Shown here: positions 17,337 to 24,000 of the stretch, piece after piece | Layout: every line of letters begins with the position of its first letter | Position numbering within the stretch: position 1 is the stretch's first letter | Assembly (NCBI RefSeq): GCF_000355675.1 | Contig: NC_020888.1 | Span: forward strand, 1,730,883 to 1,754,882 | Direction: 5' to 3' | Source: Thalassolituus oleivorans MIL-1 | Lineage (GTDB): Bacteria > Pseudomonadota > Gammaproteobacteria > Pseudomonadales > Oceanobacteraceae | DNA: 24,000 nt | The notes under the pieces: generated by a model | Databases searched by the model: none | What the model was told of the DNA's origin: nothing | Seen by the model: only the letters and a program-made list of their open reading frames with translations | Translations under genes and position numbers: made by a program

Positions 17337-18169
17337 TAGTATTAGCTATTATTTGCTCATCTTCGGCATATGCCGAAGATGAGTATTACACTTGGATTGA
17401 TGCAGAAGGTCGCATCCATAATAGTGTTGTTCCTAAAGATACCTCAGCTGACAAATCTAGCGCGAAGAAAGATATGCCTGCGCCGGTTGTAGGTGGAGAT
17501 ATTCCAAAGTTGCCCGGCGACGATACTCAGTATTTATCGGAAGACGAGCTCAAAATTCAGCAAAAACAAGATTTAGAAGATAAGCCACCTTTTTATATTT
17601 GGATTGATGAGGCTGGTATTGTTCATACGGAGATGCGTCCCGAAGGTCTGGAAGACGAAGAGGAGGCGGCCCAGAGCGTTACCGAGAGTCATGATCATAT
17701 ATTTGCCCCACCATTTCGTTTAGATGAAAAGGTACAGGATGGCGCCTGCTGCAATATGTATGAGCAAGCATTTATTGATGCCCTGACACCCTTTAAATCT
17801 CGCATGTATCCTGATCCTGATTTGCTTATGCCGTTTGCATTGAAGCAAGGAGATCGTCCTGCTTGGTATGTGCGAATAGGTAAGGCGGGAAAGAAAACTT
17901 CCGGTCAGCGTTTTGTGGTTTTGCGTGTTCGAGGTGAGCCGGTAGAGGCGTCAATTATTGCTTTAAATAGTGATTTGAAGCCCCTTTATTTTGACAATAA
18001 ATTGGGTCTGCATGAGTATCCAGAGAATTGGCACAGTGTTGCTTATCAGGAGACTCGTATTTTGCTTGAGGATGCTGATGTGGCGGCCATGATTATTTAC
18101 CTCGAGGGCGCCACAACAAAAACCATGTCTTTAGAAGTTAAGTGGGCCGATGGAACATCACCCGATTAA
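17246..18169 (+). CDS. Periplasmic/exported protein with two DUF4124-like segments
   Basis: Hydrophobic export segment VLIVLAIICSSSAYA, then YYTWIDAEGRIHNSVVP and again FYIWIDEAGIVHTEMRP. No ATG/GTG/TTG start exists between 17246 and the signal peptide core, so the start overlaps the FadL-like gene by 91 nt. Confidence 0.7.
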   Translation: MCCDQPVSRSGYRHQANHWRRWYQFPHQVLIVLAIICSSSAYAEDEYYTWIDAEGRIHNSVVPKDTSADKSSAKKDMPAPVVGGDIPKLPGDDTQYLSEDELKIQQKQDLEDKPPFYIWIDEAGIVHTEMRPEGLEDEEEAAQSVTESHDHIFAPPFRLDEKVQDGACCNMYEQAFIDALTPFKSRMYPDPDLLMPFALKQGDRPAWYVRIGKAGKKTSGQRFVVLRVRGEPVEASIIALNSDLKPLYFDNKLGLHEYPENWHSVAYQETRILLEDADVAAMIIYLEGATTKTMSLEVKWADGTSPD

Positions 18170-19019
18170 TATCCGCACGGCGGTAGCGGATACTCATGCC
18201 GCGTTATTGCAGTACCCGCACGAATCGAAAAAACATCGGCGTCTAGTTCTATTGCATGGTGCTGGCGTTGCCGGTGAGCTTACCTGGACCTTTATCGCCA
18301 ATTACTTGAGTGAGTGGGACGAGGTCTTAATTCCTGATTTGCCCGGTATGGGTGCTAGTAAATTTATAGGGCATAAGCCTTGGCCCGTAGTCGCCGATTA
18401 CGTGGAAGCAATTCGAGAGTTGTTAGTTGCTCTGGATTGGGATTGTTTTGATATTGCCGGGTATAGTTTTGGCGGCTTGGTGACGGCTGACTTGCTGGGT
18501 GATTTTACTATTGGGCATTGTTTTTTAATCGAGCCGGCGATGCTCTTTTCGGGTGATGCTGTTGAGCTACGGCAGCGTGGCGAGGAGTATATTCGCGTCG
18601 CGGAGCATATTGCTGAAGCGCCGGATGACAGTGTTCCTTTTTTTGAATTTCTAGATTTGGTATCACCTCACCGTTTAAAGCGCGGTCGCGCGGACGAAAT
18701 TACAGTGCAGCGCTTGATGGGCGAGTCGCAGGGTTTTGCTCAGGCGTTGCATGCTGTTAGTGATGCTTTGTTGCGTGGTGCTGGTATTTTTACCCGTTGG
18801 ATGCCTAAGGTTTCTGGCGCAAGCTTTGTTGGTGAGTTGAGCTATGCCTCCATGCATGGTCGTCATCGTTTGTTAGCCGAAAATGCGAATGACTGGACGT
18901 ACTACGCAGTCCCCAATGCTGATCACAGCTTGGTGTTTATGAAGCCGCGCTGGATTGCACGGCATATGAATGAGAGAGCTAGCTCTGAAGGCGGCGTTGC
19001 AGACCAGCCAGCGCCATAA
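18150..19019 (+). CDS. Alpha/beta-fold hydrolase
   Basis: [17 protein letters not shown], nucleophile elbow [17 protein letters not shown]-terminal [11 protein letters not shown]. Confidence 0.85.
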   Translation: MEHHPINIRTAVADTHAALLQYPHESKKHRRLVLLHGAGVAGELTWTFIANYLSEWDEVLIPDLPGMGASKFIGHKPWPVVADYVEAIRELLVALDWDCFDIAGYSFGGLVTADLLGDFTIGHCFLIEPAMLFSGDAVELRQRGEEYIRVAEHIAEAPDDSVPFFEFLDLVSPHRLKRGRADEITVQRLMGESQGFAQALHAVSDALLRGAGIFTRWMPKVSGASFVGELSYASMHGRHRLLAENANDWTYYAVPNADHSLVFMKPRWIARHMNERASSEGGVADQPAP

Positions 19020-19800
19020 TTCGCGTCGAAATTTCCTCAATGGATTTATCTGTAGTGCTAATTGATTGAATCTGTTCACGTTGATATAGCAGCTCCACCT
19101 CGTCCACTTCGTGATAACATTGCTTCAATGACGCATAGCGGCTGTTAGCTCGTCTTTCATTACGAATTGCAGATAGTCTATCGGGATCAATGGTTAAGCC
19201 AAATAACTTATGCTTGTGCATTTGTAAAAACGCCGGCAAAGATAAGTCTGCCATATCATCCTCTGTCAGAGGGTAATTGGCGGCTTTTATACCAAACTGC
19301 ATCGCCAAATAGAGGCAGGTTGGTGTTTTTCCTGATCGTGAGACCCCGATTAAAATGATGTCAGCTTCTTCATAATGCCGAGTCTTAGCACCATCATCGT
19401 TATCGAGCGCGAAGTTGACTGCGTCGATTCGACTGAGATAATTGGCCGAATCCGTCGGTGAGTGTGATTTGCCAACGGTATAGCACGAGTCGACGTTGAG
19501 TTCGCGCTCTAACGGAGCTAAAAACGCTGCAAATATGTCAACTTTGAATGCATCGGCAGTATCGATAATTGCGCGGATGTTTTTATCGACGATAGTGTCA
19601 AACACAATCGCAGATGACTCAGAGTCTATGGCAGCTTGATTTATTTTAGCCACGGCGGCCTCGGCCTTTTCAACTGAGTCGATGTAAGGCAGAGTGACGC
19701 GTTCAAATTGTATTTTATCAAACTGTGAAAGCAGGCTGTTGCCCAGAGTTTCAGCAGTGATGCCGGTACCGTCGGAAATAAAGTAGGCGTATCGCTTCAT
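18979..19800 (-). CDS. ppsR: Posphoenolpyruvate synthase regulatory protein (bifunctional kinase/pyrophosphorylase, DUF299)
   Basis: [60 protein letters not shown]; divergent from ppsA. Confidence 0.94.
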   Translation of the reverse strand: MKRYAYFISDGTGITAETLGNSLLSQFDKIQFERVTLPYIDSVEKAEAAVAKINQAAIDSESSAIVFDTIVDKNIRAIIDTADAFKVDIFAAFLAPLERELNVDSCYTVGKSHSPTDSANYLSRIDAVNFALDNDDGAKTRHYEEADIILIGVSRSGKTPTCLYLAMQFGIKAANYPLTEDDMADLSLPAFLQMHKHKLFGLTIDPDRLSAIRNERRANSRYASLKQCYHEVDEVELLYQREQIQSISTTDKSIEEISTRIMALAGLQRRLQS

Positions 19801-19888
19801 ATGGAAATTTATCTGGTGTGCACTTAGTATTACGCAGTCGCCACTATAGGCGATTAGACCCCACGTTAAAAGGCAGAGGAGAAACGCG

Positions 19889-22258
19889 TTGACCGATTAC
19901 GTACTTAGGTTCGATCAGGTTTCCATTGAAGATGTTGAACGAGTGGGTGGCAAGAATGCATCTCTCGGGGAAATGATCAGTAATCTCACCAACGCTGGAG
20001 TATCGGTTCCAAACGGATTCGCCACAACTGCGGACGCCTATCGAGAGTTTTTAAGCTACGAAGGTCTGGATGGTCGAATTGCGCAGGCGCTTGCGGGTTT
20101 GGATGTTAACGATATTCCAGCGTTGACGACGACAGGCGAGCAAATACGCCAATGGATTCACGAAGCGCCATTACCTCCAGCATTAGAGGCCGCGGTGCGC
20201 AAAGCGCTGATTGAGCTGCAAGAAGGTAATGAAACGGTGGCCTTAGCGGTTCGCTCTTCCGCCACAGCAGAGGATTTACCCGACGCCTCATTTGCTGGTC
20301 AGCAAGAAACACACTTGAATATTGTTGGTGTTGAGAACGTTCTCCACGCAATTCGAGATGTATTTGCTTCTCTATTCAATGATCGCGCGATTGCTTATCG
20401 CGAGCATCAGGGGTTCGATCATCATAAAGTCGCATTATCCGCAGGCATTCAACGCATGGTACGCAGTGAGACAGCATCCAGCGGTGTGATGTTTACCCTT
20501 GATACAGAATCCGGCTTCGACCAAGTTGTATTCGTCACTTCATCCTATGGCTTAGGTGAAACCGTCGTACAAGGGGCTGTTAACCCCGATGAATTCTATG
20601 TTCATAAAGCCAACCTTGATGCTGGTCGGCCAGCGATATTGCGACGCAATTTAGGTGGCAAAGCGATTAAAATGGTGTACAGCGCGGATGCGTCAGTCGG
20701 CAACTCAGTTGAGACTCAGCGTGTCGATCGAGAATTGCGCCAAGTTTTTTCGGTAACAGATGCCGAGGCTGAAACGCTCGCTAAGCAAGCGATGATTATC
20801 GAGCGTCATTATGGCCGTCCAATGGATATCGAATGGGCGAAAGACGGTGACGATGGTCAACTTTATATCGTCCAAGCTCGTCCAGAGACGGTTAAAAGTC
20901 GCGCCAGTAAAACCGTTATGGAGCGTTACTTGTTGAAAGAAACAGGTAACGTTTTGGCAGAAGGTCGCAGCATTGGTCATCGTATTGGTAAGGGGCGTGT
21001 TCGTGTAGTCCGTAACATTGACGACATGGATATGGTGCAGGACGGCGAAGTTCTGGTTGCTGATATGACGGACCCTGATTGGGAGCCTGTAATGAAGCGC
21101 TCAGCGGCTATTGTTACTAACCGTGGTGGACGTACTTGTCATGCAGCGATTATCGCGCGCGAACTTGGCATCCCGGCAGTGGTTGGTTGCGAAGATGCGA
21201 CTGAAAAGCTCAAAGATGGCGATGAAGTAACAGTATCTTGCGCAGAGGGTGATACGGGGTTTGTCTACGAAGGCGCATTGGATTTTGACGTGCGTACGAA
21301 TAGCGTTGAATCCATGCCAGATCTTGATCTGAAAATTATGATGAACGTTGGCAATCCTGACCGTGCCTTCGACTTCCAATCCTTGCCAAATGCTGGCGTT
21401 GGTTTGGCGCGTTTGGAGTTCATTATTAACCGCATGATCGGCGTGCATCCTAAAGCGCTGCTGAACTTCGACCAGTTGCCCGATGAATTGCGTCCAACCG
21501 TTGAACGACGCATATCGGGCTATGCTGGCCCAGTTGAGTTTTACGTTGAGAAGCTGGTCGAGGGTATTTCGACTCTTGCAGCTGCATTCTGGCCAAAGCG
21601 AGTGATTGTTCGCTTGTCAGACTTCAAGTCGAACGAATACGCTAACCTCATTGGCGGTCGGTTATACGAGCCAGAGGAAGAAAACCCAATGCTGGGCTTC
21701 CGTGGTGCGTCTCGTTACATATCTAAAAACTTCCGCGATTGTTTCGAGCTTGAGTGCCGAGCTATGCGTAAAGTCCGCGACGAAATGGGTTTTACCAATG
21801 TCGAGATTATGGTGCCGTTTGTTCGCACTGTTGGCGAGGCTGAGCAGGTAGTCGAGCTGCTGGCTGAAAACGGTTTACGCCGCGGCGAGAATGGTTTGCG
21901 GTTGATCATGATGTGCGAGCTACCAGCTAATGCGATTTTGGCTGACAAGTTCCTAGAGCACTTCGATGGATTTTCAGTTGGATCGAACGATTTAACCCAG
22001 CTGACATTGGGGCTAGATCGCGACTCCGGTATTATTGCGCACTTATTTGACGAGCGTAACGAGGCGATTTTGGCCTTGTTGGAAAATGCCATTAACGCTT
22101 GTAAAAAAGCGGGCAAGTACATAGGTATTTGCGGTCAGGGCCCATCGGATCATCCTGATTTTGCTAAGTGGTTAATGGATCACGGAATCGACAGTATCTC
22201 ATTGAACCCAGATTCAGTTTTGGATACGTGGTTTTTTCTTGCAGGTAAGCAGGGCTAA
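19889..22258 (+). CDS. ppsA: Phosphoenolpyruvate synthase (pyruvate, water dikinase)
   Basis: [40 protein letters not shown], phosphohistidine motif [25 protein letters not shown]-terminal [36 protein letters not shown]. Confidence 0.97.
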   Translation: MTDYVLRFDQVSIEDVERVGGKNASLGEMISNLTNAGVSVPNGFATTADAYREFLSYEGLDGRIAQALAGLDVNDIPALTTTGEQIRQWIHEAPLPPALEAAVRKALIELQEGNETVALAVRSSATAEDLPDASFAGQQETHLNIVGVENVLHAIRDVFASLFNDRAIAYREHQGFDHHKVALSAGIQRMVRSETASSGVMFTLDTESGFDQVVFVTSSYGLGETVVQGAVNPDEFYVHKANLDAGRPAILRRNLGGKAIKMVYSADASVGNSVETQRVDRELRQVFSVTDAEAETLAKQAMIIERHYGRPMDIEWAKDGDDGQLYIVQARPETVKSRASKTVMERYLLKETGNVLAEGRSIGHRIGKGRVRVVRNIDDMDMVQDGEVLVADMTDPDWEPVMKRSAAIVTNRGGRTCHAAIIARELGIPAVVGCEDATEKLKDGDEVTVSCAEGDTGFVYEGALDFDVRTNSVESMPDLDLKIMMNVGNPDRAFDFQSLPNAGVGLARLEFIINRMIGVHPKALLNFDQLPDELRPTVERRISGYAGPVEFYVEKLVEGISTLAAAFWPKRVIVRLSDFKSNEYANLIGGRLYEPEEENPMLGFRGASRYISKNFRDCFELECRAMRKVRDEMGFTNVEIMVPFVRTVGEAEQVVELLAENGLRRGENGLRLIMMCELPANAILADKFLEHFDGFSVGSNDLTQLTLGLDRDSGIIAHLFDERNEAILALLENAINACKKAGKYIGICGQGPSDHPDFAKWLMDHGIDSISLNPDSVLDTWFFLAGKQG

Positions 22259-23197
22259 ATGAAAAGCAGCAGCGAACTATTTCCGGTCTCTTTGCTAAAA
22301 GCAGATTGTGTCGGAGCTATCACGGAAGATACGTATTTGATCAAGCACAATCTTGATCCTGACCATAGTGTGCAAATCGCTATTTCTCGTCTCGGGCGTC
22401 AAGATGTCAGTCATTCCGGACTGCCGTTGATCTTAGTGCACGGTAGTTTCACCAATCGTGGCTTTTGGTTGTCACGAAGTGGTCAGGGCTTGGCTAGGTT
22501 TTTGTTGGATGAGGGCTTTGATGTATGGCTCTTGGAACATCGTGGACACGGCTTGTCGCCGCGTAACCAAGATTACGTGAATAACTCTGTTGAGCGTTAT
22601 GCCTTGTACGATTTGCCTGCTGCACAAGCCTTTGTTGCCGAACAAACTGGCAGAACGCCAGCTTGGATCGGACATTCACTGGGCGGTGGCATGATAGCCA
22701 CTGCACTGGCGGCGCGAGCGTTACCGCAAAAGCCTTCTGGTATTGTGCTCATTGGTTCTCAGATGGTAATGCGCCCTTGGTACTTGTGGTTTCCTGGCGT
22801 TGGTTTTGTGCTGCGTCGAATCGTCTCATTTCGTCAAGAATTGGATGGGCGTCAGTTGCGGATCGGTCCAGAAAATGAACCGGCCGGCGTTATTAACGAA
22901 TACTTGGCGCGCCAAGATTGGTTTGGTCGCTGGAAGGCGCAAGCAAAAGATTTGTTGCCGCTTTGGCGTTTGTCGTCAACACCCTTGCTCGGGCTATCTG
23001 GTGTTGCCGATACCACGGATCCTGCCAAATATTGCCAGCGTTTTTATCGCCAATACGGTGGTCCTAAAGAGGATGTTTTACTCAGTAAGGCTAACGGTTT
23101 TTCAGAAGACTATGGCCATATCGATATGGTGGTTAGTCGTCCAGCCGAAAAAGACGTATGGCCACTGATTTCGCGTTGGCTCAGTGCGTATGCCTGA
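22259..23197 (+). CDS. Alpha/beta-fold hydrolase
   Basis: PLILVHGSFTNRGFW, GHSLGGGMIATALAA, C-terminal DYGHIDMVVSRPAEKDVWP. ATG directly abuts the ppsA stop (TAAATG). Confidence 0.85.
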   Translation: MKSSSELFPVSLLKADCVGAITEDTYLIKHNLDPDHSVQIAISRLGRQDVSHSGLPLILVHGSFTNRGFWLSRSGQGLARFLLDEGFDVWLLEHRGHGLSPRNQDYVNNSVERYALYDLPAAQAFVAEQTGRTPAWIGHSLGGGMIATALAARALPQKPSGIVLIGSQMVMRPWYLWFPGVGFVLRRIVSFRQELDGRQLRIGPENEPAGVINEYLARQDWFGRWKAQAKDLLPLWRLSSTPLLGLSGVADTTDPAKYCQRFYRQYGGPKEDVLLSKANGFSEDYGHIDMVVSRPAEKDVWPLISRWLSAYA

Positions 23198-23834
23198 AGT
23201 GCAGGCTAAAACGGCGTTAATCGTTGGTGCTACGGGCTTGGTAGGTTCCCATCTACTGAGTCATTTAATTGAGTCGGATCGGTATCAACGCATTATCGTA
23301 TTAGCCCGTCGAGTAGAAAGTATCAAAGTTCACGAAAAGGTAATTGCTAAAACATTTGCGGCGCTTGATCGGCCAGCGATTGAGCATGTAGATGATTTTT
23401 ACTGCGCGCTAGGCACGACTCAAAAGGTATCGGGCAAGGCAGGGCTGCAGGTGGTCGATCATCATCTTGTTGTTCGCTGTGCGGAATGGGCAAGGGCAGC
23501 AGGTGCTAATGCTGCTGCTGTCGTGAGTGCGCTTGGCGCATCTGTCCGGTCATCATTTTTCTACAGTCGTGTAAAGGGCGAGATGGAAAAAGATGTAGAG
23601 GCCATTGGTTTTGATTCACTGATGTTTTGGCAGCCGTCCGTTATTTATGGAGCGCGTGAATCGAGCCGTCCAGTTGAGTGGTTGGCAGCCCGACTACTAA
23701 CTGTGAAGTGTTGGGGTACTTATCAATCGTTGCCGGGCGAAGCGGTTGCTCGGGCAATGGCAATGCAGACACCGCTAGCGCCTAACGGAATTTTTCGTTA
23801 TAACGTTGGCGATATTAATTCTCTTTTAAATTAA
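23184..23834 (+). CDS. NAD(P)-binding Rossmann-fold oxidoreductase (TIP30/HTATIP2-like)
   Basis: [80 protein letters not shown]. Confidence 0.82.
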   Translation: MRMPEVQAKTALIVGATGLVGSHLLSHLIESDRYQRIIVLARRVESIKVHEKVIAKTFAALDRPAIEHVDDFYCALGTTQKVSGKAGLQVVDHHLVVRCAEWARAAGANAAAVVSALGASVRSSFFYSRVKGEMEKDVEAIGFDSLMFWQPSVIYGARESSRPVEWLAARLLTVKCWGTYQSLPGEAVARAMAMQTPLAPNGIFRYNVGDINSLLN

Positions 23835-23844
23835 GGACTTACAT

Positions 23845-24000
23845 ATGAATCATTACCTAACTCCTGATCTATGTGATGAATACCCAGACCTAGTTCAAGT
23901 GGTTGAACCTATGTTCAATAATTATGGTTTACACGAATCCTTTGGTGGTGAAATTGTTACCGCTAAGTGCTTTGAAGATAACTCTAAAGTGAAAGAGTTG
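23845..24000 (+). CDS. rraA: RraA ribonuclease E activity regulator, N-terminal part (truncated by window edge)
   Basis: [52 protein letters not shown], open to the window end; AAGGA RBS. Absent from the ORF track. Confidence 0.9.
   Translation, partial: MNHYLTPDLCDEYPDLVQVVEPMFNNYGLHESFGGEIVTAKCFEDNSKVKEL

Noticed and set aside
21101-22122. Antisense ORFs within ppsA (21101..21448, 21265..21513, 21715..22122)
   Set aside because: They are opposite a highly conserved enzyme gene, with compositionally driven translations and no domain features.
22494-23168. Overlapping ORFs 22494..22706 (-), 22663..22878 (+) and 22800..23168 (+)
   Set aside because: They sit inside the well-supported alpha/beta hydrolase gene and have no plausible domains.

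Overview
This is a gammaproteobacterial chromosomal window, mostly housekeeping: hrpA 3' end, mlaA-like, type I DAHP synthase, TauE/SafE, cysB, cysH, thrH, pabB, ppsR, ppsA, and the rraA 5' end. Three regions stand out. (1) 2707-4707 is a compact Hvf/bufferin-type RiPP cassette. It has a secreted precursor with eight EGKCG motifs, then a DUF692/MNIO enzyme, then a DUF2063 partner. (2) 5568-6884 is a DAHP synthase ORF whose first ~57 codons encode a P22-Cro-like helix-turn-helix domain. A good Shine-Dalgarno precedes the internal Met where canonical DAHP synthases start. (3) 12635-18169 is a Fil/Fap-like secretion or surface-structure cluster: a DUF6160-like beta-rich secreted protein, a stand-alone C39-like peptidase, a helix-plus-beta-barrel outer-membrane protein, a FadL/OMPP1-like barrel, and a double DUF4124-like periplasmic protein. 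A 58-aa GTG-started HTH gene (7075-7251, minus) is missing from the ORF track, and a perfect 13-bp hairpin lies just downstream of it. I found no CRISPR array, tRNA, rRNA or mobile element. All family assignments come from reading motifs, not from searches.
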